This document shows, piece by piece, positions 26,950-37,532 of a stretch of DNA of 61,855 bases; positions within the stretch are counted from its first letter, which is position 1; each line of letters begins with the position of its first letter. A model generated the notes under the pieces. The model had not been told where the DNA came from and did no database searches. It saw only the letters and a list, made by a program, of their open reading frames with translations. This stretch comes from Armatimonadota bacterium (GTDB lineage: Bacteria > Armatimonadota > DTGP01 > JAKQQT01). A program made the translations under genes and the position numbers. The DNA is taken from NCBI GenBank assembly GCA_029564025.1, contig JAKQQT010000213.1, positions 1 through 61,855 of the forward strand. Reading direction: 5' to 3'.

Positions 26950-28065
26950 ATGATCAATAGTGAACGCCTGACGGCGACGTTTCTGGAGCTTGCGCGCATC
27001 AACAGCCCCGGCCGGCACGAAGCGGTAGTCGCCAACGCAATCGAAGCGCGGCTGAAAGCCCTTGGATTCGAGACCCGGCGCGACGGTGTCGGGCAGATCA
27101 TCGGCGGAGAGACCGGCAACATCATCGCCCATCGCCCGGGCGCCTCCCCTGCCCCGCCAATTTTCCTGAACGCGCACATGGATACCGTGCAACCGACACC
27201 GAACATCAATATCGTTATCGAGGACGGCGTGATTCGTACCGACGGCACGACCATCCTGGGCGCCGATGACAAGGCCGGCGTCGCCTGCATCCTGGAAGCT
27301 CTGGAGAGCTCCCTGGAAGACGGAGTGGCCCTGCCTGACGTTGATGTCGTCATCACAGCCGCCGAGGAAATCGGCTTGCTGGGCGCAAGGTACTTTGATC
27401 CCGCGGAAGTCGTAGCCCGGTCCGGATGGGTGGTGGACGGCGGTCAGCCGCTGGGATATATAGGTGTGGGGGCTCCCAGCCAGAACACAATGAAAACTAA
27501 TATCACCGGCAAGGCCGCCCACGCGGGTACAAGCCCCGAACACGGTATCAGCGCGATTCGCGTGGCCGCCGAAGCAATCGCGAATATGCCGCACGGTCGC
27601 ATCGATCCCGAAACCACGGCCAATGTTGGCGTTATCACCGGCGGTCAAGCCACCAACATCGTCGCTCCCTCCTGCGAGGTCAAGGCGGAAGCAAGAAGCC
27701 AGAATCTGGACAGCCTGGAACGGCAAACAGAAACCATGCTTAACGCGTTTCGCGAGGCCGGCGAACGGCACGGTGCGATTGTCGATATCGACGTGGAGAG
27801 GGTTTACGAAGCCTTCACTGTTCCCGGTGATTCCCGCGAGGTAACGATTGCTTCCGAGTCGATGACGAACCTCGGGATCACTCCCGAACCGCGTCGTTCC
27901 GGGGGCGGCAGTGATGCGAACTACTTCAACGCCAAGGGGATTCGATGCGTGATCCTGGGGTGCGGGTACGAGGACATCCACACGACGGCGGAACGTATCG
28001 CGATAGGCGACATGACCATGGGAGCGCGCATCCTGGAGGGTGTCCTGCGAATCGCCGGCCGATAG
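26950..28065 (+). CDS. M20 family metallopeptidase (PepT/tripeptidase-like)
   Basis: Trimmed to the ATG at 26950. Contains NAHMDTV, GADDKAG, EEIGLLGA and GGGSDAN. Confidence 0.85.
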   Translation: MINSERLTATFLELARINSPGRHEAVVANAIEARLKALGFETRRDGVGQIIGGETGNIIAHRPGASPAPPIFLNAHMDTVQPTPNINIVIEDGVIRTDGTTILGADDKAGVACILEALESSLEDGVALPDVDVVITAAEEIGLLGARYFDPAEVVARSGWVVDGGQPLGYIGVGAPSQNTMKTNITGKAAHAGTSPEHGISAIRVAAEAIANMPHGRIDPETTANVGVITGGQATNIVAPSCEVKAEARSQNLDSLERQTETMLNAFREAGERHGAIVDIDVERVYEAFTVPGDSREVTIASESMTNLGITPEPRRSGGGSDANYFNAKGIRCVILGCGYEDIHTTAERIAIGDMTMGARILEGVLRIAGR

Positions 28066-28071
28066 TACACG

Positions 28072-28935
28072 TCAGGAGTTCATGATGGCCGCCACGGCTT
28101 CCCGGGCGCACGGGCAGGAGTCTTTGCCCGGCATTTCCGGAAGTCGGGCGGCCATCGCGAAAATGAGTTCCTTCACGCGCTCGGTGTTCTTCGCCATGGT
28201 CTCGAGCACCATTTCCACGGTGACCACTTCGGTCGTCTCGGCCGTCTCAAACGTGGCCGTATCGATGGTCAATCCGGCGTCGTAGTCGGTGACAAGCGCG
28301 ATGCCCGTGTAGCAGATACCCAGTTCACGCGCCAGAACGCATTCCGGGTACTGCGTCATTCCGACAACGTCCCAACCGTTCCGGGCGAACCAGTGGCTCT
28401 CCGCCCTTGTGCTGAAGCGCGGACCCTGAATGACGACCACCGTACCGGTCTCGTGAACCGGAATGCCCTGCTCCTTCGCGGCCTCGATGGCCACTTGACG
28501 CAGACGGGGGCAATACGGATCGGCGCATCCGATGTGATGGGTCTCCGGGCCGTTGAAGAACGTATCTTCGCGTCCGCGTGTCCGGTCGACAAACTGATCA
28601 ACGATTACGAAGTCTCCCCGGCGTACAGTTTCTCGAAGGCTTCCGCAGGCGAACGGAGCGATGATCTGGCGGACGCCCAGGGAATGGAGCGCCCAGATGT
28701 TGGCGCGGTAGTTGACGGCGTGGGCGGGAAGGGTGTGTCCCCTGCCGTGCCGGGGCAGGAAAGCCAACTGCCGGTCGTTAACGGTGGCAATGGTGATCCG
28801 GTCACTCGGAGCTCCGAACGGAGTTTCCACCAGGAGGTCCTGAATATCCTCCGCAAACGCATAGAATCCGGAACCTCCGAAAACGCCGATATCGGCGGTA
28901 ACGCCTTTATACGCCAATCTTGTTTCTCCTAACAC
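28072..28935 (-). CDS. mtnP: S-methyl-5'-thioadenosine phosphorylase
   Basis: Contains IGVFGGSG, FLPRHGRGH and a PNP/MTAP fold pattern. Uses a GTG start. Confidence 0.88.
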   Translation of the reverse strand: MLGETRLAYKGVTADIGVFGGSGFYAFAEDIQDLLVETPFGAPSDRITIATVNDRQLAFLPRHGRGHTLPAHAVNYRANIWALHSLGVRQIIAPFACGSLRETVRRGDFVIVDQFVDRTRGREDTFFNGPETHHIGCADPYCPRLRQVAIEAAKEQGIPVHETGTVVVIQGPRFSTRAESHWFARNGWDVVGMTQYPECVLARELGICYTGIALVTDYDAGLTIDTATFETAETTEVVTVEMVLETMAKNTERVKELIFAMAARLPEMPGKDSCPCAREAVAAIMNS

Positions 28936-28945
28936 CTTGCACGCG

Positions 28946-29617
28946 CTACTGTTCCTTTATCACTTTATAGCGAACGAGAGCCGAACGGGCCGCGGACTGC
29001 TGGGCTTCTTTCTTGGAGGCTCCCTGCCCCTCTCCTACCGTTTCCCCGCTTAAGATAACCTGTGCCGTGAAAGATTTTTTATGATCCGGGCCCTTCTCCT
29101 GAGCGATACGGTATGTCGGGGTTTCGTGCTTGTGTTCCTGGGCCCATTCCTGCAGAATCGACTTGAAGTCCCGTATTCGAACCTCGGATGAAACCGGGGT
29201 CAAAGTGGTTTTCAGGAATGATGTTGCGGCACGCAATCCCCCGGTCAAAAAAACAGCCCCGGTGACAGCTTCAAAGGCGCCTGCGAGGATGGAAGGTCTG
29301 TCGCGACCGCCGGTATGCTCTTCCCCGCGGGACATGCGAAGCATTTTACCCAACCCCAGGCGTCTGGCCGCTTCTGTCAGGGTTGGTTCGGATACCGTCA
29401 GTGCGCGCTGGCGGGTCAAATAGCCTTCGCGGGCATTCGGATATGCCCTGAACAGATAGTTGCTGACAACAATCTGCAGTACCGCATCTCCCAGGAACTC
29501 AAGCCGCTCATTGTGGCGGCTGGCATTATCCTCCAGACTGCGGTGTGTCAGAGCCTCTGTCAGCAATTCCTCCGGTATGTGATACCGTTCAATAATATCG
29601 GTGAACGGACAGGGCAT
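28946..29617 (-). CDS. rnc: ribonuclease III
   Basis: Contains the signature NERLEFLGDAVL and a C-terminal dsRBD. Confidence 0.95.
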   Translation of the reverse strand: MPCPFTDIIERYHIPEELLTEALTHRSLEDNASRHNERLEFLGDAVLQIVVSNYLFRAYPNAREGYLTRQRALTVSEPTLTEAARRLGLGKMLRMSRGEEHTGGRDRPSILAGAFEAVTGAVFLTGGLRAATSFLKTTLTPVSSEVRIRDFKSILQEWAQEHKHETPTYRIAQEKGPDHKKSFTAQVILSGETVGEGQGASKKEAQQSAARSALVRYKVIKEQ

Positions 29618-29618
29618 A

Positions 29619-30803
29619 TCATTTTGCCAGATCGTTCGCGGCGCGGGACAGTCGTTCCAAACCGCCCTTGATAACTTCCATGCTCGTTGCGTAACTCATG
29701 CGGATGCAGTTATCCGCTCCGAAGCCGGAGCCCGGCGTGACACCAACACCGTATTTTTCCAGGAGAACCTCCGCCAGGGCATCCGATCCTTTGATATCGC
29801 CGGAGTACCAACCGGAGACGTCCGGGAAAACATAGAAAGCGCCGCCTGGATTGGGACAACGGACGCCGGGCAGGCTGTTCATACCGGTGACCAGAACATC
29901 ACGGCGTTCCTGGAAGGCCTTCCGCATCTCTTCTACCACGTCCTGCGGGCCCGTGAGCGCGGCGACGGCGGCCTTCTGAGCGATGGAAGTGGGGTTGCTG
30001 GTGCTCTGGTCCTGCAACCGGCCCATTGCCTTGACAATCTCCACGGGTCCCGCGGCGTAACCGATACGCCAGCCTGTCATGGAGTAGCTCTTGGAACACC
30101 CGTTTACCGTGAGAGTCCGTTCATAAATATCCGGACCGAGGCTGGCGATACTCAGGGGCTTCTCTCCGTAAGTAAGCCGGTCGTAAATCTCATCGGATAT
30201 GACCCAGAAATCGTGTTTTACGGCCAGCTCGGCGATCTTGCGAATCTCTTCCGGGTCAAACACAGCGCCTGTGGGATTGCTGGGCGAATTGAGTACCAAT
30301 GCTTTTGTCTTGGATGTCAACGCGGCTTCCACCGATGAGGCTTTCAACTTAAAGTCATCGGATTCCGGCATATCGACATACACAGGCACGCCGTCGCACA
30401 ATTTCACTTGTTCCGGATAAGAAACCCAATAAGGAGACGGAATGATGACTTCGTCTTCCGGATCAATCATCGCCATGAAAATGTTGTAGAGGCTGTGTTT
30501 TCCTCCCACTGAAACGATGATGTTTTTGGTCTCATAGTGGAGACCGTTTTCCCTCTCCAACTTTTCGCATACCGCTTTCTTGAGAGGCTCAATACCGGAA
30601 GAAGGCGTGTACTTGGTGAAGCCCTGGTCCAAGGCATCCTTGGCGGCTTGCTTGATGTGTGCCGGAGTATCGAAGTCCGGTTCACCAGCTCCGAAAGCCA
30701 AGATATCCCGACCCTCAGCCTGCAGTGCCTTGATTTTGGCCGTGATGGAAAGAGTCGGCGAAGGTTGAACCCGTGCCGCGCGTTGACTGACAGCCGATTT
30801 CAT
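29619..30803 (-). CDS. class I PLP-dependent aminotransferase (aspartate aminotransferase type)
   Basis: Contains GEPDFDTP, the PLP-Lys context SKSYSMTGWRIGY, and NPTG. Confidence 0.9.
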   Translation of the reverse strand: MKSAVSQRAARVQPSPTLSITAKIKALQAEGRDILAFGAGEPDFDTPAHIKQAAKDALDQGFTKYTPSSGIEPLKKAVCEKLERENGLHYETKNIIVSVGGKHSLYNIFMAMIDPEDEVIIPSPYWVSYPEQVKLCDGVPVYVDMPESDDFKLKASSVEAALTSKTKALVLNSPSNPTGAVFDPEEIRKIAELAVKHDFWVISDEIYDRLTYGEKPLSIASLGPDIYERTLTVNGCSKSYSMTGWRIGYAAGPVEIVKAMGRLQDQSTSNPTSIAQKAAVAALTGPQDVVEEMRKAFQERRDVLVTGMNSLPGVRCPNPGGAFYVFPDVSGWYSGDIKGSDALAEVLLEKYGVGVTPGSGFGADNCIRMSYATSMEVIKGGLERLSRAANDLAK

Positions 30804-30870
30804 GAGAATTCTCCTGAAGCAATTTCCGGAAACGGTTCATCCGGATATCAGCGACCATCCTGCTAGCGTT

Positions 30871-31119
30871 CTATTTCTTCCTGCCGAACAACCCCTTTTT
30901 CTTCGGCGGTTCCGGAGCAGGTGTTGAATCTCCCGAATCTGCTAGAGGCATATCTATCGCTTCGGACAAGGCACCTTTTCCCACGAGGTTTACCGGCTTG
31001 ATTCTGGTTGCCGCGTCGCCATGAAGTGGGGCAAAGCACTTGAAGCAGGAAGCGCGAAATTCATCGTTATTCGAACCGCATCTTGGGCATATAATCATAC
31101 GATTAACCGTCACCGCCAA
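30871..31119 (-). CDS. hypothetical zinc-ribbon protein with a lysine-rich tail
   Basis: CPRCG...CFKC is a four-Cys ribbon, and the C-terminus reads PPKKKGLFGRKK. The start is ambiguous: TTG at 31119 or ATG at 31098. Confidence 0.45.
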   Translation of the reverse strand: MAVTVNRMIICPRCGSNNDEFRASCFKCFAPLHGDAATRIKPVNLVGKGALSEAIDMPLADSGDSTPAPEPPKKKGLFGRKK

Positions 31120-31218
31120 TCACGCGGTGTCGTTCCTCCTTAGATAAAAAATGAGCCGTAACAGGGCCGGAATCGGGGCGTCTGCTGTATTAGTATGCGG
31201 ATTCTACAATCTCCGTTG

Positions 31219-32208
31219 TCAAGACCGGGACTGAGGGGATTCAGCGCCATTGGGATCCCACCAGTCGTATCCGGGATGCTCAGGCGACTTCAACAGACAC
31301 TGGAGAACCCGTTTATGCTCGGCGAGGCTTCGGCTCCGGTCCTCCCCCGCCGCCCAGCGCTTTTTCATGAGGCGGCGTTCCCTCGCGGCGTGCCTCAAGA
31401 GACCGTACGTTCCTCCGTGCTTCCGGGCAAAGTAGTAGGAATCGGCAATTTCCCAGTGTCGGGTTTTCCACTGCAGTCGGCTTTGCTGGTCCCAGTGGCG
31501 GATGGCGGCATCAGCGCAGACTCCCACCTGCCACCCCATGGAGCGCAGGCGAATGGTCAGATCCGTTTCTTCCCAACCGCAGAAGAATGATGGATCGAAC
31601 CAGCCCGCTGAACGGAGCGCATCCAACCGCACAAACAGCGCCGCTCCTTCCACGTGATTACGGGGATAGACTCCAGTGGTGGGAGAGTGCGAAAGATAGG
31701 TTCTCGCGGCACGTTCCCAATGGGCGCGGATCGGGGCAAACTTGGAGAGCTTCCAGATAAGCGAGCGCTCGATCCTCAGCCGCGCGGCTGAAAGGCGCGA
31801 GGCCCGGCCGGCAAAATGCGTCGGTTGGCCGTTTCGGTCCAGCATGCGCGGACACATAGCGGCCATCTCCGGGTGGGATGCCATCGCGGCGCTGAGAATC
31901 TTCAGGGCGCCGCTGTCGAGAACCGCGTCCGGATTGAAGAGAAACACGTACCGAGACTGCAACTGCGGAAACACAAGGTTGCAGGCGCGTGCGAATCCGG
32001 CGTTTGTGTCATTCCGTATCAGGTGAACCCATGGGTGCCCAGCGGCGACCATATCGGGCGAACCGTCCGCGGAGTTGTTATCGACGACCCACACCTCTCC
32101 GTTGATGTCTTCGACTTCCGGGCGGAGACTGCGGAGGCACGCGTCCAGAAGACCGCGTGTATTCCACGAAACCAGGATGACGGAAACGGTTGGTTCGGCG
32201 GCGCTCAT
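31219..32208 (-). CDS. family 2 glycosyltransferase
   Basis: The N-terminal GT-A fold reads VSVILVSWNTRGLL...VVDNNSADGS...NAGFARACN. Its ATG directly abuts the fabF stop (TGAATG). Confidence 0.85.
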   Translation of the reverse strand: MSAAEPTVSVILVSWNTRGLLDACLRSLRPEVEDINGEVWVVDNNSADGSPDMVAAGHPWVHLIRNDTNAGFARACNLVFPQLQSRYVFLFNPDAVLDSGALKILSAAMASHPEMAAMCPRMLDRNGQPTHFAGRASRLSAARLRIERSLIWKLSKFAPIRAHWERAARTYLSHSPTTGVYPRNHVEGAALFVRLDALRSAGWFDPSFFCGWEETDLTIRLRSMGWQVGVCADAAIRHWDQQSRLQWKTRHWEIADSYYFARKHGGTYGLLRHAARERRLMKKRWAAGEDRSRSLAEHKRVLQCLLKSPEHPGYDWWDPNGAESPQSRS

Positions 32209-33456
32209 TCACTCGCCGTGGGCGGAAAACACGAGAGTGGCATTGTGTCCGCCGAAACCGAAAGAGTTGGTCATCACGTGGCGCAGTTTGGCCGGCCGTG
32301 CGGTATGCGGCACGTAATCCAGCACACAGCCCTCATCGGGATTATCCAGGTTGATGGTGGGCGGGATGAGGCTGTAATGCAGAGCCAGGATGCAGGCGAT
32401 GCTCTCCACGCCGCCAGCCGCCCCGAGGAGGTGCCCCGTCATCGATTTTGTACTGCTGACGGGTACCCTGGTGTCATCACCGAAAACCGCCTGCACAGCC
32501 TTCGATTCGGCCACATCGCCGAGTCCCGTGGAAGTTCCGTGAGCGTTGATGTAGTCAACATCCGACGGTTCGAGCCGCGCGGATTGCAGAGCCATCTTCA
32601 TTGCCCGTATGGCGCCGTCGCCGTTTTCCGCGGGTTGTGTGATGTGGTACGCATCGGCGCTGACGCCGTATCCGGACAGTTCCGCGTAGATGCGGGCGCC
32701 GCGGGCTACGGCGAACTCGCGCTCTTCCAGAACCACGATACCGGCGCCTTCACCAATCACGAATCCGTCGCGGTCGCGGTCCCACGGTCTGCTGGCGCGT
32801 TGGGGATCGTCGTTCCGCGTGGAGAGGGCCTTCATGTTCCCGAATCCGGCAACACCTATCGGGGTCACGGCGGCCTCAACGCCTCCGGCGACCATCACAT
32901 CGGCGTCACCGCGCGCGATGACTTCCGCGGCTTCGCCGATGGCGTGGTTTCCGGTGGCGCAAGCCGTGGCCAGAGCCGTATTCGGGCCGCGCGCTCCGAT
33001 AGCAATGCTCACATATCCTGCGGTGATGTTGATGATCATCATCGGAATCACGAAGGGACTCACGCGATCGGGGCCGCGCGAGTTGAGTATCGCCAGTTGC
33101 TCTTCCAGCGTGGCCAATCCCCCGATGCCGCTACCGATCACAACGCCTACACGGTCTCGGTTCTCCGGTGTCACCTTGAAACCGCTGTCCTCCAGCGCTT
33201 CCAGAGCCGACACCATTCCAAATTGGGTGCAACGGTCCATGCGCCGTGCTTCCTTGCGATCGAACCAGTTCAGCGGTTCGAAACCCGATACCTCGCCCGC
33301 GAACCGGACCGGGAAAGCCGAAGCATCGAACAGTGTGATCGGACCGATGCCCGAACGCCCGGAGGCGAGGCCTTCCCACAGGGAATTTGTACCGATTCCG
33401 AGAGGACTGCAAGCGCCCAAACCGGTGATGACAACCTGCCGTGATCGATTTCGCAT
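32209..33456 (-). CDS. fabF: beta-ketoacyl-ACP synthase II
   Basis: Trimmed to the ATG at 33456 (MRNRSRQVVITGLG). The active-site context ATACATG is present, together with HGTSTGLGD and NSFGFGGHN. Confidence 0.95.
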   Translation of the reverse strand: MRNRSRQVVITGLGACSPLGIGTNSLWEGLASGRSGIGPITLFDASAFPVRFAGEVSGFEPLNWFDRKEARRMDRCTQFGMVSALEALEDSGFKVTPENRDRVGVVIGSGIGGLATLEEQLAILNSRGPDRVSPFVIPMMIINITAGYVSIAIGARGPNTALATACATGNHAIGEAAEVIARGDADVMVAGGVEAAVTPIGVAGFGNMKALSTRNDDPQRASRPWDRDRDGFVIGEGAGIVVLEEREFAVARGARIYAELSGYGVSADAYHITQPAENGDGAIRAMKMALQSARLEPSDVDYINAHGTSTGLGDVAESKAVQAVFGDDTRVPVSSTKSMTGHLLGAAGGVESIACILALHYSLIPPTINLDNPDEGCVLDYVPHTARPAKLRHVMTNSFGFGGHNATLVFSAHGE

Positions 33457-33575
33457 GATTTCAGATGTGCGCGGTTCCACGCTCCGATGTCATAGTGGCA
33501 TCGGAACGCGAATCTCAACCGTTCGTGGTGTTTCTGCAACGCGGTGCGTCTGAGATTCACCACTGAAGATCGGAT

Positions 33576-33812
33576 TCAGCCTTTTGACTTTTCTTCTATG
33601 AACTGGACGGCCATTCCGACCGTAGTGATTTTTTCCGCTTCCTCGTCGGTGATCTCGAGATCAAACTCCTCCTCGAGGCCCATCACCAGTTCGACAACGT
33701 CCAGCGAATCAGCGCCCAGGTCGTCCATAAAACTGGCGTCGGGTGTTATTTCGTCCGGCTGAACATCCAGTTGATCCGCAACAACTTTTTTCACGCGCTC
33801 AAATACAGTCAT
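33576..33812 (-). CDS. acpP: acyl carrier protein
   Basis: Trimmed to the ATG at 33812, preceded by AAGGAG. The phosphopantetheine-attachment site LGADSLD is present. Confidence 0.95.
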   Translation of the reverse strand: MTVFERVKKVVADQLDVQPDEITPDASFMDDLGADSLDVVELVMGLEEEFDLEITDEEAEKITTVGMAVQFIEEKSKG

Positions 33813-33880
33813 TCCGTTACATCTCCTTAAGAAACCTGCCCAATGGGATCGCCGCCCGATTACAGGCGGCACATTCCGGT

Positions 33881-34633
33881 CTACATTGTCAGCCCGCCGT
33901 CCACCACCAAGGTCTGCCCTGTGATATAGGCGGCGTGGTCCGAACACAGAAACACGACAGCCGCGCCGATCTCTTCCGGCGAGCCCACGCGTCCCAGCGG
34001 TATCCGTTCCAGTATACGGGACCTCATCTCATCGCTGAAGTCCGTCGTCATCGCCGTGTCAATCCAACCGGGCGCCACCGCGTTCACACGAACGCCTCGT
34101 GATGCCAGTTCACGGGCAACCGACTTGGTCAGGCCAAACAGCCCGGCCTTGGCCGATGCGTAGTTGGATTGCCCGGCATTGCCGATGATTCCCATCACCG
34201 ACGATATGTTGATGATACAACCGCTTCGCTGTTTCATCATCGGTCGCGTGACCGCTTTCATGCAAAGCCAAGCGCCCTTTAAGTTCGTATCAAGAACCTC
34301 GTCCCATTGCGATTCCGACATCCGCATCAGCAGATTGTCGCGCGTGATGCCGGCATTGTTGACAAGGATGTCGACGGAACCGAACCGGTCAAGCGTCGCA
34401 GAAACCATCGATTCCACGCTTTCCGCGTTGGATACATCGACAGAACACGCCATGGCCTCCGCACCGTTCGCCGTAATGACCGCGACGACGGCCTCCGCGT
34501 TCGCCAGTGTTCTGCTGGCTACCACCACACGGCAACCGGCGGACGAAAGCATCTCGGAGCAAGCCTGGCCGATACCTCGCCCCCCCCTGCCGGCGCCCGT
34601 CACAATCGCGACCTTGTTCTGAAGTCCCGTCAC
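33881..34633 (-). CDS. fabG: 3-oxoacyl-ACP reductase
   Basis: The GTG start at 34633 overlaps the fabD stop (GTGA). It has the SDR motifs [16 protein letters not shown] and YASAKAG. Confidence 0.92.
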   Translation of the reverse strand: MTGLQNKVAIVTGAGRGGRGIGQACSEMLSSAGCRVVVASRTLANAEAVVAVITANGAEAMACSVDVSNAESVESMVSATLDRFGSVDILVNNAGITRDNLLMRMSESQWDEVLDTNLKGAWLCMKAVTRPMMKQRSGCIINISSVMGIIGNAGQSNYASAKAGLFGLTKSVARELASRGVRVNAVAPGWIDTAMTTDFSDEMRSRILERIPLGRVGSPEEIGAAVVFLCSDHAAYITGQTLVVDGGLTM

Positions 34634-35556
34634 GCAATCGCCTCTTCGAATTCCTTCAATGTCGTCGTATCTCCCACGGACCAGATCGAAGAGACCGGTG
34701 TGATCTTTCTGATGAGACCCGCAAGGACAGTTCCGGGACCCACTTCGACAAAACGGTCCAGTCCGTCCGCAACCATGTTTTCTATCGTTTCCTGCCAACG
34801 GACCCGGGCCGTAACCTGGGCGACGAGATTGTCGCGCACCTCGGATGCTGTAGCCTGCTCTCTCGCCGTAACGTTGGCGTATACCGGAATTCCCGGGTCT
34901 CGAATTTCCACGCTCTGTAACGCGTTACGAACAGCCTCGGCCGCCGGGAGCATCGCGGTAGAATGAAACGCGCCGGAGACCTTCAGCCTTACAAATCTCC
35001 TCGCGCCTGTTTCCTTGTGTCTCGATTCCAACATATCCAGTGCGTCGTTTGTGCCCGAAACGACAACCTGCCCCGGCGCGTTGAGATTGGCCGGAGACAC
35101 CCCGCCGATTTCACGGCAAAGCGCTTCCAGCAGGGTCGGATCAGCGCCCAGAACGGCGGCCATTCCCCCGGCCGATTCGGTTGCCGCGGCCTGCATCGCC
35201 TCTCCGCGAAGACGAACAGCCGTAAGAGCGTCCGCAAAGGACAGACAACCGGCCGAAACCAATGCTCCGTACTCCCCAAGGCTGTGCCCCGCCGCGGCCG
35301 AAGCGCAAACACCCCGGGATTCCAGCACTTTCAGTGCCGCGACCTCGGCGGTCAACAGCGCAGGTTGGGCGACGTCTGTCCTGGTCAGTTCCTCTTCAGG
35401 ACCTTGCCATGCAACAGCCGAAAGATCGAATCCAAGTATTGTGTTCGCCTGCTCCCATACGCCTTTGGCCTCGGGACACGCCCGGGCCAGTTCCTCGCCC
35501 ATTCCCACGGATTGCGAGCCCTGGCCAGGAAACACATATACGAAAGACTTTTTCAT
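34630..35556 (-). CDS. fabD: malonyl-CoA:ACP transacylase
   Basis: Trimmed to the ATG at 35556 ([15 protein letters not shown]). The active site GHSLGEY is present. Confidence 0.93.
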   Translation of the reverse strand: MKKSFVYVFPGQGSQSVGMGEELARACPEAKGVWEQANTILGFDLSAVAWQGPEEELTRTDVAQPALLTAEVAALKVLESRGVCASAAAGHSLGEYGALVSAGCLSFADALTAVRLRGEAMQAAATESAGGMAAVLGADPTLLEALCREIGGVSPANLNAPGQVVVSGTNDALDMLESRHKETGARRFVRLKVSGAFHSTAMLPAAEAVRNALQSVEIRDPGIPVYANVTAREQATASEVRDNLVAQVTARVRWQETIENMVADGLDRFVEVGPGTVLAGLIRKITPVSSIWSVGDTTTLKEFEEAIA

Positions 35557-35558
35557 GG

Positions 35559-36509
35559 TTACCATCGGAACAGGGCTGAAGCCCAAGTCAAGCCGCCGCC
35601 GAAACCCGTAAACATAACGAGTTGGCCTGCCTCGAGCAAGCCTTCGCGGCGCATGTCCGCCAAAGCGACGGGGACGGACGCCGCGGAGGTGTTGCCAACC
35701 CGGCGCAGATTACTGTACATGCGCTCCAAAGGTATGTTAAGTCGCTTGGAGGCCGCGTCAAGTATACGTGTATTAGCCTGGTGCGGAACGATCCAGTCAA
35801 TATCGGCGACTCCCAGTCCGGCCATTTCGGCGACTCGCGTCACGCTCTCCGCAACCGTGACAACTGCGAACTTGAAGACCTCGCGCCCGTTCTGCTGTAT
35901 TTTGCGGTGGGGCGGCGGCACCGAAAGCAGATCGGCTCCTGTGCTGTCACTGCCCAGTTCCCACGCCAGCAGTCCATGCCCCTCATCACACCGTTCCAGC
36001 ACAACCGCTCCGGCGGCGTCCCCGAAGAGTATACACGTTGTCCGGTCCGTCCAATCCGTGATGCGCGAAAGGGTCTCGGCACCGATGACGAGCGCTCGTC
36101 GATATCCCCCCGGTCCCATCATCCCGGCGGCGGTGACCAGGGAGTACACAAAACCACTGCAGGCGGCGCTCAGGTCGAATGCGGCGGCCTTGGGTGCTCC
36201 GATAGCCCGCGCTACCAGGCAGGCGGTGCTCGGGAACACCATATCCGGCGTCGCGGTCGCCACGATAATCAGGTCGATGCCGTGAGGTCGGACACCGGCG
36301 TCCTCAAGGGCTTTATTGGCGGCCTGAACGGCCAGATCGGAGGTTTCCTCACCTGCCTTGGCGATGCGGCGTTCCGCAATCCCTGTACGCGACTGTATCC
36401 ACTCGTCGTCCGTCTCCACCAGGTTGGATATCTCCGCGTTCGTGCGGATGTGCCCGGGCAGATACGATCCAATCCCGATAATGCGAACGCCATATGGAAA
36501 CAGGGGCAT
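35559..36509 (-). CDS. fabH: beta-ketoacyl-ACP synthase III
   Basis: Contains the active-site Cys context AACSGF, plus HQAN and GFGGGLTW. Confidence 0.95.
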   Translation of the reverse strand: MPLFPYGVRIIGIGSYLPGHIRTNAEISNLVETDDEWIQSRTGIAERRIAKAGEETSDLAVQAANKALEDAGVRPHGIDLIIVATATPDMVFPSTACLVARAIGAPKAAAFDLSAACSGFVYSLVTAAGMMGPGGYRRALVIGAETLSRITDWTDRTTCILFGDAAGAVVLERCDEGHGLLAWELGSDSTGADLLSVPPPHRKIQQNGREVFKFAVVTVAESVTRVAEMAGLGVADIDWIVPHQANTRILDAASKRLNIPLERMYSNLRRVGNTSAASVPVALADMRREGLLEAGQLVMFTGFGGGLTWASALFRW

Positions 36510-36521
36510 GACAGATGATCC

Positions 36522-37529
36522 CTACTGCGCCGTGGCCGCGTTGGCCTCAACAGCCCGGCGGATACCGTCCACAATGTTGTTCTGGACCGCTTCGTCGGCT
36601 TCGCGGATAGCATTGGAAATGGCCCGCGCGTTGGAGCGTCCGTGGCTGATGATGCAGACGCCATTGACGCCGAGAAGAGGGGCTCCACCGTAACGGTCGT
36701 AGTTGATGGCGGATCGCATCCCGCGCAACACCGGTTTGGCCATCAGTCCAATCATACGCGCCACGGCGGACCGGCGGAACTGGGCGCGCATGAAAGCCTG
36801 CACCATCTCCGCGGTCCCTTCCGCGGTCTTCAGCGCCACATTGCCAACGAAACCGTCGCACACAATCACATGGACTTTGCCGCTGAAGATATCGCGACCT
36901 TCGACGTTGCCGATGAAGTTCAGGCTCGTCTGGCGCAACAATGGAAGGGTGACGCGGGTCTGGATGTTGCCCTTGCATTCCTCCTCGCCGATGCTGAGGA
37001 GGCCAACTGTGGGATTCTCGATATGTTGAACGGTTTTCGCGTATTCGGCGCCCATAAACGCGAACTGCACAAGGTTTTCCGGACTGCAGTCCACATTTGC
37101 GCCGACATCGAGTATCAGTATCTCGCCCAGCAATTTGGTGGGCATGACGGATGCGATGGCAGGGCGTTCGATGCCGGCAATGCGGCCGAGGGTGAACAAC
37201 GCGGCGGCCATCATCGCGCCAGAGTTTCCGGCGCTGACGACAGCGTCCGCTTCACCCCGTTTCACGAGTTCCACGGCGACAACCAGAGACGAATCCTTCT
37301 TCCTCCGGGCGGAGGTGGCGGGATCGTCCATGGCTACCACATCCGGCGCGTGCACGATGCGCAACCGGTCGGATTCCTTCGCACCTGCCGAACGCAGTTC
37401 ACGAAGAACGTCGTCTCTGCGTCCAACGAGTATCAGTTCGCATCCGAGCGATTGCGCCTGCACGGCTCCGCGCACTATTTCGGCTGGGGCACGGTCTCCC
37501 CCCATGGCGTCAACAGCGACGCGCGTCAA
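36522..37529 (-). CDS. plsX: phosphate acyltransferase
   Basis: Contains VAVDAMGGD and the PlsX family pattern. It sits at the conserved rpmF-plsX-fabH position. Confidence 0.95.
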   Translation of the reverse strand: MTRVAVDAMGGDRAPAEIVRGAVQAQSLGCELILVGRRDDVLRELRSAGAKESDRLRIVHAPDVVAMDDPATSARRKKDSSLVVAVELVKRGEADAVVSAGNSGAMMAAALFTLGRIAGIERPAIASVMPTKLLGEILILDVGANVDCSPENLVQFAFMGAEYAKTVQHIENPTVGLLSIGEEECKGNIQTRVTLPLLRQTSLNFIGNVEGRDIFSGKVHVIVCDGFVGNVALKTAEGTAEMVQAFMRAQFRRSAVARMIGLMAKPVLRGMRSAINYDRYGGAPLLGVNGVCIISHGRSNARAISNAIREADEAVQNNIVDGIRRAVEANAATAQ

Positions 37530-37532
37530 TGG

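Noticed and set aside
24579-27981. Three long minus-strand ORFs (24579..25871, 25807..26865, 26935..27981)
   Set aside because: Each mirrors a well-supported plus-strand gene (DegT, Gfo/Idh/MocA, M20 peptidase). None has motifs of its own.
31816-33444. 542-aa ORF on the plus strand
   Set aside because: It is antisense to the GT2 and fabF genes and is a shadow ORF.
34963-36285. 440-aa plus-strand ORF, with similar ones at 36642..37679, 45748..46863, 55060..56286, 12879..13970, 16796..17941, 20436..21500 and 21401..22285
   Set aside because: All are antisense to confidently identified genes, which is expected in high-GC DNA where stop codons are rare in off-frames.
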